DNA of 64,000 bases. Source: Batkoa obscura (taxonomy: Eukaryota). The stretch covers positions 186,001-250,000 of the forward strand of contig JASVEC010000023.1 in NCBI GenBank assembly GCA_030770535.1, given 5' to 3'. The translations under genes and the position numbers were made by a program. The notes under the pieces were generated by a model. The model saw only the letters and a list, made by a program, of their open reading frames with translations. It ran no database searches and was not told the origin of the DNA. Of this stretch, positions 51,501 through 64,000 are shown piece by piece. Position 1 is the first letter of the stretch; each line of letters begins with the position of its first letter.

Positions 51501-52580
51501 GGACCAGATTTAGAAGCACCAACTAATTTATTTTTAAATGATACTTTACCTAACGAAGTAATATTAATTTTAATCTATATTCTAAAGATTAGAATATTAA
51601 TTGATAACTATTATTATTAGGTAGATCAAAAAACATTAAAAATAGTTAAAGACTATGTTAATCAAGGATTCAAATGGGCTATTAGAGAAGGTCCTTTATG
51701 TGATGAACGTAAGATTCAATATTTGAAATAATATAAAATCAATTGATTGATTCTCTTTATTAAGCTATTCGTAATGTTAAATTTCGATTATTGGATGCTA
51801 CTTTAGCTAATGAAAATATTGCTCGTGGTGCAGGTCAAATTATACCCACTGCAAGAAGAGTGTGTTATTCTGCATTTTTAACAGTAAGACTTATTCATGA
51901 GACTAATTTAATATAAATCAATCAATAATAAATTCAATTAGGCCTCACCAAAATTAATGGAACCTATTTATAGTGTTGAAATTCAAGCACCTGCTGATTG
52001 TGTTCAAGTAATTTATTCAGTTTTAGCTAGAAGAAGGTAATTTTATATTATATAATTTTCAAAGCTTATTTATCATTAATTATTAATTGAAAATTATATA
52101 GAGGCCATGTGATTTCAGATAATCCGAAAGCGGGTTCCCCATTATATACAATTAAAGCATTGTTACCTGTAATGGATGGTAACGGATTTGAAACGGATTT
52201 AAGAACTCATACTATGGGCCAAGCCTTTTGTCAATTAGATTTTGATTCTTGGCAGGTAAAAATTTTAAATTTATTAATATTAGCTTAATTATAAAGTACT
52301 CATACTAATACTATTTTAATTCTTAGATTGTTCCAGGAGATCCATTAGATTCAAATATTAAATTAAGACCTTTAGAACCGGCTAGTGGTACTAGTTTAGC
52401 AAGAGATTTTATGTTGAAATCAAGGCGTAGGAAGGTAACTTGATCTTTTTTAATTTTACATAACTTATTGGATAAAAATATTAATTGTATATATTCTTTT
52501 AGGGATTATCTGAAGATGTTTCAATTACTAAATTCTTTGATGATCCACTTTTAATTCAATTGATACAAGGATTGAAATAA
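48600..52580 (+). CDS. SNU114: U5 snRNP GTPase Snu114/EFTUD2, many exons
   Basis: [95 protein letters not shown]. Confidence 0.97.
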
Positions 52581-53016
52581 ATAAAAAATGGATTGAAGAA
52601 ATGGGACATGAAAAAACAAATAAAATAAAAAAATTATATAGCTATTAATAAAATATACAATTTACTTTGAACTTCAATTCTTTTAGGCTTTTTGGATTAC
52701 TTTAAATATTCGAAAAATAGAAAATTAAAAACTTTGATGGATTTTTTAGTGAATTTTATCATTAAAAACAAATGACTATTATCAAATGTTATTTAGGAAA
52801 ATTGAGCTAATTGAACTGATAATAAAGTCAATAAAAATATAGAAAATTATTATCTTAATTTCATTTTTTTATATTATTACCAAACTCTAAGTTTTAATAG
52901 CAATATTCATAAACATTTTACAAAATTAACTTAAAAACTTATATAATATTTGTAAAATTCTAATTATCTTAAAAAATTTAATTAAACCTGCTTCATATTA
53001 TCTAAAATAATAAAAA

Positions 53017-53125
53017 ATATGGGGGTGTATATTTTTGTATTTAAGCATTTTACTAAAAATCTTTCCACTCAAATAGCGCTTAAAAAATGGAAAAAGTAAT
53101 GAAACCAAAAAAAACATCCCCATGT
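53017..53125 (+). mobile_element. MITE family copy
   Basis: GGGGGTG...TAGCGCTT...CATCCCC. Confidence 0.88.
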
Positions 53126-53391
53126 TAGTTTAAAAACTTGGCTTAATTTTTGTCTTAGATTGTTAGCAAAAAGTAAAAATCAAATATAAAAATGCTATGA
53201 AATTACCTGCTTTTTTGCTTAATTTTAATTATAGTTACAGATAATAATATAAAATTTTTTACATTGATAATAAAGCCTAAATAATTAATCAATAATCCTT
53301 ATATTATATTGTTATGAAAATTATATTTTCCTGAGGAATTTAGTCAATTAAATCAGTTACATCTAAGTTTGTGCTTTTGTAGCTATGGAAA

Positions 53392-54130
53392 TGTGAAATA
53401 TCGCTTTGTCAGTTCCATGGTTAATTATAGCATAACAATCGCCTAAGCTGTTGTGTTCTCGAGTTCAGAGAAAATCAATCCCATGTTCTTAGTTTGATTT
53501 GCTATGAGAATTTCTAGCTCCATCTAATAGAATATTATCTTCTCATTTTGATATTTATACTTTTCAGAGTATAAAAGAGTTTACAGAGTATAGTAGTTCG
53601 AGGCTTTTTAACTGAATTATTCCCTGATATCTCGAACATTTAATAAAGCCACTAAGTTTTCTTAATAGTATTTTACCTAGATTTTACATTAGTATTGTCT
53701 ATTCTATTTATCTTATATAGCTTGTAACCTATTACGTGCTATTCTTCATAACCCAAGTCCATCTTAGTCACATAAACTAAGACCTTTCGACTTATAGTGT
53801 AGTCAACCCAGCAATAGCTATTCTTGACTCTAAACACTGAGTATCAGATTTCACAGTCAGGAAGATTTAGTGGCTTTACTGAAGATACAATTATCAGGGA
53901 ATAATTTAATTAAAAAAGCCTCAAATTATTATGTTCTAAAATCTCTTTTATACTCCAACAAGTATGGATATCAAAATGAGATAATATATTGTTTGAAATT
54001 AAGTTACAAATTCTTACAGCAAATCAAAATAAAAGGCCCAGGATTGATTGTGTCTGAACTTGAGAACACAGCAACTAAAGTGATTATTATGTTGTAGTCA
54101 ATCATAAAGCTGATAAAGCGATATTTCACA
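53392..54130. repeat. Long imperfect inverted repeat: arms about 53392-53669 and 53853-54130, spacer about 180 bp
   Basis: The left arm aligns with the reverse complement of the right arm along its length (72/90 identical in the outer 90 bp by hand count). Confidence 0.9.
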
Positions 54131-54254
54131 AGCCTATATAGGTAAAATAAACTTAAATTAATAGAAGTAATATATAATAAGCTCCAATATATATAAAACA
54201 AATAAAATAATATAAAGCTACAACTAATTTTATTATTGATAGTAAATTTTAATA

Positions 54255-54361
54255 ATATGAGGATGTATTTTTGTGTTTAAGAATTTTACTAACAAGTTTT
54301 CCACTCAAATAGCGTTTAAAAGATGAAAAGAGCAGTGAAGCCAAAAGAAACACCCCCAAAT
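54255..54361 (+). mobile_element. MITE family copy
   Basis: GAGGATGTATTTTTGTGTTTAAGAATTTTACTAAC...CACCCCC. Confidence 0.88.
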
Positions 54362-54892
54362 GCTCATTTGTTATTTTTATTTTAATAAAAAATAAAACAA
54401 TCAAAGTAATAAGTCTTTAAATTAAATTTTCTATTCAACTTTAAGCTTTTTTAAATTTAACTAATCACATATCGAAGACATGAATTCAAAAACCATTTAA
54501 ACATCCCTGATATAAATAGACTATTCAATCTAACTTTAAGGCATTATATTTCAATAATTAATGCTTCAATCAGTATCAAGTTTATTATAATAAATACTAT
54601 ATGTCATATTTATTTAATACGTTTTTACTTTATTTTATCTAATTCATTTATAAAAACCAAATATCAGCTTGAAAATGATGGTGATATAGCTTTTTTATAA
54701 GAACAGTTTAATTATAGATAAAAATAATATGTAGGATATCACTCTTTTACTAACTTAATTAATGAATGAAATTTAACAACATTAGCATATATAATAAGAT
54801 ACTAATTCAACAAGGAGTATCAAAAATTGGATAACCTATAAAGTTGGAAGAAAACACAAAGGATTATCTAATTTCAAGTGTTTACAAATAAA

Positions 54893-55624
54893 TTAATGAT
54901 TTTCATTTTTAATGATCCTATGTTCAGTACCATAAGCATAATAGGTTCGTTTGACTCCACAATTAGAAGTAGCATAATGGACCCTGGTACAAGCTTTTTG
55001 AGTGAAAAGTCCAACAGCGAAATCTTCATTAATTTCTTCTTCAGCAAAAGCAGTGCAATAAGCTTTAGTAGCCTTTTCATTCATATAATAATATTTACCC
55101 ACTGGAAAGTGGTAAAGCCCATGAGTTGTTCCAGACAAGAAATCCCCATGTTTTTCACCACATATACAACAGCCTGATATTTGACAAGCCTTATAACAAT
55201 TTTCTATACATACCGATGGTAAGAAGGTATTATCATCGATTTTAAATATAGTTCCATTATTATTTGAACACATCGTTTTTCTATATTTGTAAGACTTAAT
55301 CGGATAACCTTCCTTATGTCCGGTTAATAAACAGGTATAATCATCACAAAATCCAGGTATATTTTCATTAACTATAAAACAAGTGTTTGGCCTTAAAGTT
55401 GAAAGGATATAAGCAAAATTAGTATTCTTATTAACTGGAATAAAAAATTGACATTTTCCTTGGGTTAAAGTTTGACTCATTGGATTATAAATCATATAGG
55501 TGGCCATAAACATAAACCTTTCAATGTACAAAAATGTTAATAATACTAACCACCATCGACTTCGATATATGAACAGCATGATTACTATCTTGGATATGTT
55601 TATATTGCTGTAATCTAAATGCAT
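54893..55624 (-). CDS. Type II membrane, Cys-rich, GT31 (galactosyltransferase/fringe)-like glycosyltransferase; intronless; start codon uncertain (55624 or 55579)
   Basis: N-terminal TM ([11 protein letters not shown]); YPIKS, IFKIDDNTF (cf. KxDDD), GKYYYMN, EDFAVG (cf. EDVxxG). Confidence 0.6.
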   Translation of the reverse strand: MHLDYSNINISKIVIMLFIYRSRWWLVLLTFLYIERFMFMATYMIYNPMSQTLTQGKCQFFIPVNKNTNFAYILSTLRPNTCFIVNENIPGFCDDYTCLLTGHKEGYPIKSYKYRKTMCSNNNGTIFKIDDNTFLPSVCIENCYKACQISGCCICGEKHGDFLSGTTHGLYHFPVGKYYYMNEKATKAYCTAFAEEEINEDFAVGLFTQKACTRVHYATSNCGVKRTYYAYGTEHRIIKNENH

Positions 55625-56400
55625 CTTATTTAAAAACAAAATAGATTAAATAAAAAAGGTAGCTTTTTAATTTACAAAGAAATCCTAAGAACTATTCACA
55701 AGACTAGAACTAAATAATTCAAAATGAAATAATTATTCCGAGTTATTAATAGTTCTTACAAATTTTAAATAAACAGTAATACTAGGAAATAATTTTAGAT
55801 CTATAATGTCAGTGTAATCGATAATCATTATCAATTACAATTATCAAAATGAGTTCTTCTCAATATCCAGAAATTCTAGTATTCGCAATCTTGTCTATTG
55901 ACAAGTTATACCTTGGGATAAATTTATTATAATTCAACTAGTTGATGGTTTAACTTATAAAATACAAAATACAAAACGTTTCTCTAGTGTTAGTGTTAAT
56001 GCTAATTAAAGTTTTATTTGTAACAAGTCTTTCTTTACTAAGAACTTAAAAAAGTGGTTTGCTAGTTAAGGTTAAATTTGTAATAAATTAACTCAAAGTG
56101 CAATTACACTAGTAATTGTGTTCGAAGATACTTCTCTTTTCTTGACTTTGTTTAATGAATTGAAAGTCTTTTTTATCTTCATTTGATAAACTCCTTTCAG
56201 AATTTTCTAAACAAAGGGTAAAAAAGAGAAGCATATTTAAGCAGAGTTACGAGTGTACTGTTGGATAGTATTCTAAGTGTTAAAACCTGGGATCTTGCGG
56301 TGAAACCTAAATAAACATTTAATTTATTCTACATGGGTTAGTTTATAAAAGCTTGGTTCAAATTTTGCCCAATTTTAATCTTTAGTAAAAATTATAAACT

Positions 56401-56504
56401 AAATGGGGATGTATTTTTGTACAAGAATTTTACTAACAAGTTTTCCACTCAAATAGCGCTTAAAAGATGGAAAAAGTAATGAAACCAAAAAAACATCCCC
56501 AAAT
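56401..56504 (+). mobile_element. MITE family copy with AAAT direct flanks
   Basis: AAAT-GGGGATG...CATCCCC-AAAT. Confidence 0.9.
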
Positions 56505-56574
56505 GCTATATTTTTTTACTTTTGCTTTTACGTTTAATTTAAATTAACTTGATCAAAAAAGTTTTAGTACATTC

Positions 56575-56681
56575 TATTGGGTATGACTTTTTTGGTTTCA
56601 TTACTTTTTCCATCTTTTAAGCGCTATTTAAGTGGAAAAACTGTTAGTAAAATTCTTAAATACAAAAATATATCCCCATAT
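56575..56681 (-). mobile_element. MITE family copy, reverse orientation
   Basis: Reverse complement of the consensus core. Confidence 0.88.
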
Positions 56682-57248
56682 ACTTAGTATACAGTTAGAA
56701 AAAGGTTACTTAAATATAAAGTAAATAATAGTTTAAAAATTAATTTTAATTTCTCTACTAAGTATTATAAAAAAATTATAGTTAATAAATATTTAAAAGA
56801 AATTACAAAAGGATAATTTTAAAGCATTAAATAAAATAAAAGATATTAGTTATTTTAAAATTTAAGATTTTTACTTATAAATATAATAAAATTAATAACT
56901 TAACTGTTGATAATAATAAAATAGAAGTAACAAAAATTAAATGTTAAAAATTAAATATTAATGTTCTTTAAATTATTAATAGCTAAGTCAATAAATAAGT
57001 AAAAAGTAAGTAGTTGTAACAATGAGTAAAAATTATTGCTATATTGGTTGTATTATATATATAGTCAATTATAGTTTTAAGGCTAATTACCCCCTTTTAT
57101 TTGGCTATTTATTAATTTGGTAATATATTAATAATGTAATTATAATATTAGAATCATTTAGCTTTTGTAATTGGAAGTTTTTATATACTTTTTAAACTGA
57201 TTTATTATAGAGTGTAAAAAAACAGGACTTCTATTAATATGGTTTTAT

Positions 57249-57355
57249 ATATGGGAGTGTCTTTTTTAACTTCATTATTTCTTCCATTTTTTAAGCGCTA
57301 TCTAAACGGAAAATTTGCTAACAAAATTCTTAAGCACAAAAATACATCCCCATAT
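57249..57355 (-). mobile_element. MITE family copy, reverse orientation
   Basis: ATAT-GGGAGTG...CATCCCC-ATAT with the core reversed. Confidence 0.88.
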
Positions 57356-57361
57356 TCTAAT

Positions 57362-57465
57362 ACATAAAGATGTATTCTTTTATTTAAAAGTTTTACTAAG
57401 CTTTTTCACTCAAATAGCGCTTAAAAGATGAAAAAAGTAACAAGGCCAAAAAAATACCTCCATAT
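57362..57465 (+). mobile_element. Degenerate MITE family copy
   Basis: Core TTTTACTAAG..CACTCAAATAGCGCTTAAAAGATG..TACCTCC-ATAT; left TIR decayed. Confidence 0.78.
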
Positions 57466-57758
57466 ATATCAATCAAAACTATTTTAATCCAATCGTCAAC
57501 CTTCAAGGTATTTATTTAACAATTTCCTAACAAATATTGATTTAATAGTATAATCTTTATTTGTTTATATTATATTATATTACATTAGATATTATAGCTA
57601 AAAGTACTAAAAAGTTTGGAGCCTTGAAACTTTTTAGAATCACTATAGTTTATATTCTTAAAATGATATTTTATGTTTTATTTAAATAAAATAAAAGTAA
57701 ACTAAAATAAACATAAAACTTTTATTAAAACACTCAAAGTGCAAATTGAATAAAATAA

Positions 57759-58840
<1,082 letters not shown>

Positions 58841-59852
58841 TTTTTATTATATTGATTCTTATCGGATTTATAATTAAAATTGAAAAGTAGGATTTTTGAT
58901 TTTATATTTTAACTTTAACCAATAATATTCGATGAAATATTCCTTAGCTTAGTTGTATGATTAGAAATATAGTCTGTTTATTATCAATACAATTTATATA
59001 CTTAGTTTAGGATAATCTAGATTTTATGGCATTGTACTTTATCTCCAATAAATAGCGTTGTTTACTAATATTAATATATGAGGATACTATTTCCAACAAA
59101 AGTATACAATTACAATATACAAAATAACCATTGAAATTAACAAGAGGGTGATGGAAGAGCACTTTTTATCATCTAAATACTTCTATTATTCCATCTATTT
59201 GGAAAATATCTACTTGTCTTAAAAACCGTAAAATTTCATGAGTTAGAAAAATCAGGTATGATATAAGGTTTCATGAAAATATTTAATATTGTACTATGAG
59301 TAATACTGAATACATATTATATAAAAGTTACCAGAAATTCTGAAATTTTTAACTGCCATATTAATAATAAAATAATAAAGTGGTATAATAATGAAATTAA
59401 ATAGCAAACATTAGCAAATTATATCAATTACAAAGTTTGGGGTAAATGATAGAACTTATATAATAATGTTAAAATTATTTAACTACATTCTTAAACTCAG
59501 ATAATTATTATTTAATTTATTTATAATTTATTGTAATATAGTTTAAACCATTAAATAAATATTATTCAATATATTGACGGCTACATTTATCATTTGAACA
59601 TTTATTTAATATACAAATTCTCTGTTTTTAAAACATTTTAACTAAAACTGCATCTGAAATTACTTTTAAAAAAAACGGTTAGGCGCGTGGTTAAAAATAT
59701 AACCAATTAAATCAAAAGAATAAAAGAAAAGAACAACAGAAATTTCTTAAAATAATTTTAACAAGTTCATGTTTAGGATAAATAATCAATTTATTAGAAT
59801 AAAAACGGTTAGTTAAATATTATTAATACAAAAAACAGGGGAATGTACACAC

Positions 59853-60197
59853 TTAAAGGACGATAGCTTGAGGATTATTATTTTCACTTTTACCAGAAGA
59901 TTTGAAAATAGATTTAAATACTTTCGCTATAGGATTTGATTTTTTATATGGCACTAGTTTAGAAATTTCTTTAACGGATTGATCTAGATCGCCATATAAT
60001 TCAATACTTCTTTCCCTTTCCAAAGGTATAGTTATGTTTGGTTGGTAACTACGAAATAAGACTTGATCACTGAAGGATACACTCTTTAAAGATTTGTCAC
60101 TATCATCTGAGGTAACACTCATTCTTCTTTGAGAGCTGAAATCAGCCTCTTTATCTTCATATATAACATTGATTTCGATTTGTGCTGGATTATTCAT
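59853..60197 (-). CDS. Small hypothetical protein with a KSVSF (RVxF-type) motif
   Basis: 114-aa ATG-started intronless ORF with upstream TATA/CCAAT-like elements; RRMS and LKSVSFSD motifs. Confidence 0.6.
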   Translation of the reverse strand: MNNPAQIEINVIYEDKEADFSSQRRMSVTSDDSDKSLKSVSFSDQVLFRSYQPNITIPLERERSIELYGDLDQSVKEISKLVPYKKSNPIAKVFKSIFKSSGKSENNNPQAIVL

Positions 60198-61714
60198 TTA
60201 AAAGCTTTAAAAATTATAAAGATTACAATTGGCTTTCCTCTCCTTTTTATATTGTTGATCGTTAGCTCCTAGCTTTTGATTGGTTGAAAATAGCTTAGTC
60301 ATCTTTAGTTTCAGTTACTTTTTTTCTTTTTATGATGAAACGTTCAAGTGACTATTTTTAGCTTAAGCTTATATAAGTAATTTGAGATTATTTTTAGATT
60401 TTAATAGTTTATACAAAGAGAAAGGGTCTACAAACGAAGTAGATGGTTATATTCCATATCAAACCAGCTCTTGCTTACGGAGATATGCTATTTTACGAAA
60501 GATAAAGTATTAATAGGTTTCACCCTTAAACTTATAGTTTCGAATGATATCACTTTATTATGAATTTGAAAAGTAATAATTTATAATCAAAGTTAAAATA
60601 TTTCTAATTTGCTAATGCTTCCTAAAGCCGACCAATAAAGGGCTTGAAAATTCAGGACCGACAAAGTATGTGGTTAAAGTAATTCATCAAATTCCGAAAA
60701 AGTGAGTCATTGGAAATAAATTAAATTATCAGTTAATCTTTCTTATTATAAAAGCTCTCCAAGTTTCTGGATAAAAATATGAAGCGGTTAACGGTAAAAT
60801 ACAAAAATAAATTTGAAACTCTATTTTTGATATTTTTTGTATATTTCCATTATTAATCATATTTAATAGTTATAGATACCGCAGCATAAAAATATTAAAT
60901 ATAAACTTTTAAAAATAGTTAGTCAGAATTTATTCTCAGCATTGTAATAGCTAATCTAATATCACTTTAAAATATACTATTTTTTTGTTTGACATTGTTG
61001 ATTGTGTTGCTTATCGTATGTTTTACCCTGATGTAATCCCCTTAATTTGCAGGAAAAAATTACCAGTGGCCATTTAAAAAATAAGTATGAGATTATTAAT
61101 TTTCATATTTATAAAATAACATAACAATTTAAAATGCTATTATCTAATAATACAGTTTTAGATAAAGACAAAAGTATAATATAAATTATAAGGATGTTAA
61201 AACTATTTAATTATAAATGGAATGCAACAAAATTAATTTACTAAATTTAAACTAATGATAAAAATCAAAAAGCTCCTATTTTAAAGCATTTAGATTGAGA
61301 AGAGTTTTATATTATTCATAATAAAGTATTTAAGTTGTAAATCGCATATAATTATGTAGTAGTTAGTTTAACTTTGTTAGTCGTTCCAGAACTTTCTTTG
61401 TTTTAATTTATTGAACCATGAATTGAACTTATTTAAGGGTAGTACCAAGGCTTAGAATAAAGCTATCAAGATATAAATACTCAGTAATGAAATGCTAATA
61501 ATTAGTCAAATGCCATCACTTTTAAGGTTTGATTATTTACAAAAGGTTAAATCGCGGCCCTTAATTAAACAGAGTTTAGTTTATCTTTAAAAATAATATC
61601 CGATTTTCATCTAAAATTAAAATTAAAGACAAACTAGCATTTACATTCATAATCTGGAGTTAAAAAATTTTCAGTAAAATAAATATAGAATTGCAATGAA
61701 GTATACAACTAAAA

Positions 61715-61787
61715 GCCTGATTAGCTCAGTCGGTAGAGCATGAGACTTTTAATCTCAGGGTCATGGGTTCGAGCCCCATATCAGGCT
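61715..61787 (+). tRNA. tRNA-Lys(TTT)
   Basis: GCCTGAT...ATCAGGC-T; anticodon arm TGAGA-CTTTTAA-TCTCA. Confidence 0.96.
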
Positions 61788-61858
61788 GCGTACATAGTAT
61801 AGAGGTAGAATACTTCTCTTCCAAAGAAGTGGCCTGGGTTCGATTCCCAGTGTACGCA
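61788..61858 (+). tRNA. tRNA-Gly(TCC), directly abutting tRNA-Lys
   Basis: GCGTACA...TGTACGC-A; anticodon arm CTTCT-CTTCCAA-AGAAG; GTTCGATTC T-loop. Confidence 0.94.
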
Positions 61859-61908
61859 TTATCATTTTATTGTTTTTAATACAAATAAACCTTTCAAAAT
61901 TAACAAAT

Positions 61909-62007
61909 ATATGGGGATGTATTTAAGAATTTTACTAACAATCTTTCCACTTAAACAGCACTTAAAAAATACAAAAGTAATGAAATCAAAAAAAAACATT
62001 CTCATAT
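61909..62007 (+). mobile_element. MITE family copy (small internal deletion)
   Basis: ATAT-GGGGATG...CATTCTC-ATAT. Confidence 0.85.
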
Positions 62008-62096
62008 TGTTATCATTAGTATGAGAATTTTTAGCAGTCTGTCCTTTAAAACTACTTTTTGACTTTCTAATGCTTTATCTATTATTTAATATTATC

Positions 62097-62208
62097 ATAT
62101 GGGGATATATTTTTCGTTTAAGAATTTACTAAGAATTTTACTAAGAATTTTTCTACTCAAATAGCGCTTAAAAAATGGAAGTAATGAAACTAAAAAACAT
62201 CCCCATAT
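62097..62208 (+). mobile_element. MITE family copy with a triplicated TAAGAATTT unit
   Basis: ATAT-GGGGATA...CATCCCC-ATAT. Confidence 0.85.
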
Positions 62209-62932
62209 CTTATTAATAAAGTTAACAAAATACGGATATTCTAATTCAATTGTTCAATTTATTAGCTAATTTGATTAAAAATTATTAAAACTGTTTTGAA
62301 AATTAATCAACACATGAACAGAAAAAACAAAACTTAAACTTAAAATATTGTTTTTTAAATACTACAAGATAGATAATATCTTATATCAAATTTATAATGC
62401 ATAATTTTACATAGGTGTATTTTTTTTTAAATATAAACTGTTTTTTTAATCTTTTTTACATAGGTATTTGATAAAAGCACTCTACTTTAACTTATCCTAC
62501 TTCAAATTAAAAATTAAAAATAGTGCAATTATTGAAAATAATTGCACTATTTTTAATTTTTATAGAAACCACGTAATCTTGTTTAGGCAACAATTAATAT
62601 TAACATTATTGAAGAATTTATCTGGACATCAGGCTTTTTGCCTTCAAATAAAGAAGGCAGATAACCGTTAACCAAATACTTCACTTCTTTTTAGTGATTT
62701 TGTTAATAAACCAGTTGAGGATTGTCTTTTCAAGCATTTTAGGAGAATTTGCAATACTTTTAAAAAAGTACTAAAACTCTCAAAATAGTGTATGCTTCAT
62801 TTTTTATAGTTACTCTAAAATGAGATCAGATTTAACACTAGGTCACTATTATAAACAAAATTACTATTTGTAAATTGAAAAATCTATCTAGAAAACAATG
62901 TCAGGACCTTCACAAAAAGGAAATATAGATCA

Positions 62933-63014
62933 CGACACCCACAGGATTCGAACCTGCGCTCCCAAAGGGAAAAGCCTTAGCAGGGCTCCGCGTTAACCAC
63001 TCCGCCAAGGTGCC
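62933..63014 (-). tRNA. tRNA-Ser(GCT)
   Basis: GGCACCT...GGGTGTC-G; anticodon arm GAGCC-CTGCTAA-GGCTT; long variable arm TCCC-TTT-GGGA. Confidence 0.95.
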
Positions 63015-63188
63015 TTACGTATATATTTGAGATTTTGAAATATAATTGTACTAAGAGCACTAATTGGCTTTAAAAACTTGGAAATTTTCAACCAATAAAA
63101 CGTTGCTAAATTGAAGTAGGTCGAAAATTTGAAGTACCAAAATAGGCATCCAAAAACAAAATCATTTTTAAGTAAAATAAAAATAAGA

Positions 63189-64000
63189 ATGGAGGGACAA
63201 GCCGTTTATGCTACCGATGAATATGGGAGACCTTTTATCATTGTTCGTGAACAACAAAAAAAGAATCGTTTGAATGGGATTGAAGCTCAAAAGGTAATAT
63301 ACTTATTTTTATACTATTTAATGAATTTTCAAAGCAATGCTGTATAATTGATACTAAAATCCGATTTTAACACGTCTATTTCTTTAGTCTCATATTTTAG
63401 CTGCTAAAACAGTAGCTAGTATGATCAAAACTAGTTTAGGTCCTAGAGGTACTAATCTTATAAGCTTTTTTATTCTATATTAAAATATTTGAATAGGTTT
63501 AGATAAAATCATGATATCCCCCGATGGTGATATTACAATTACAAATGATGGAGCTACCATTTTAGGACAAATGCAAGTTGAGCACCAAATTGCCAAGTTA
63601 TTAGTACAATTGTCTAAATCTCAAGATGATGAAATTGGTGATGGTACTACTGGTGTTGTTGGTAAATTTATATTACATTGATTTAAATTTATTTTTAAAA
63701 TATCTTTGATTTATAGTCTTAGCAGGAGCTTTATTAGAGCAAACTGAAGAGCTTTTAAATAAAGGAATTCATCCTATCCGTATTGCTGACGGTTTCGAAA
63801 GAGCTTGTAAGATAGCTATTGAGCATTTAGACCAAGTTTCAGATGAGATTAAATTTGACAAACAAGATACTAGTAACTTGTTTAAAACCGCAAAAACTTC
63901 TCTTGGTTCAAAAATGTACACATTACTTTTTATTTAAAATGTTTTACTAACCTTAATTTAGTGTATCTAAATGTCATGATCAATTCGCTCAAATGGCTGT
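63189..64000 (+). CDS. CCT5: Chaperonin CCT/TRiC epsilon subunit, 5' part (runs off the window)
   Basis: [48 protein letters not shown]. Confidence 0.97.

Noticed and set aside
53870..54201. Two short ORFs within the long inverted repeat
   Set aside because: The equivalent frames in the other arm contain stops and indels; no codon-like substitution pattern seen
60071..60080. GTATCCTT U12-type donor-like sequence on the minus strand
   Set aside because: It encodes V-S-F inside an uninterrupted ORF; no U12 branch site or need for an intron is evident

Overview
Eukaryotic, very AT-rich, gene-dense fungal DNA with short (about 42-70 nt) GT-AG introns. The gene content and style suggest an early-diverging fungus, possibly Zoopagomycota/Mucoromycota-like (inference; the taxon cannot be fixed from the sequence alone). 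Housekeeping genes recognised: NTE1, EPL1, NOP2, TAD2, ERD2, EMC7, LENG1-like, NBP35, RPS10, ATP12, MED20, a CLC transporter, RPL10, SEC13, NDUFAF7, SNU114, CWC24, partial CCT5, plus 7 tRNA genes. Highlights: (1) an unrecognised six-cysteine module, present as an 18-repeat secreted protein (13595-17167) and as a single-module secreted protein (33216-33467), with one repeat revealing a C2-C4 disulfide by paired loss; (2) an MLKL-like pseudokinase (HRN/GFE) with a helical N-terminus and C-terminal Sel1 repeats; (3) a six-exon, highly divergent Mad2-like HORMA gene missed by the ORF track; (4) a ~100-bp MITE family with GGGG...CCCC ends and an apparent 4-bp TSD; (5) a ~740-bp fold-back inverted repeat; (6) a CLC with an altered ion pathway; (7) a zero-spacer tRNA-Lys/tRNA-Gly dimer; (8) a hAT-derived BED-finger gene. 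Exon boundaries were read by eye and family assignments come from motif recognition, not database searches.
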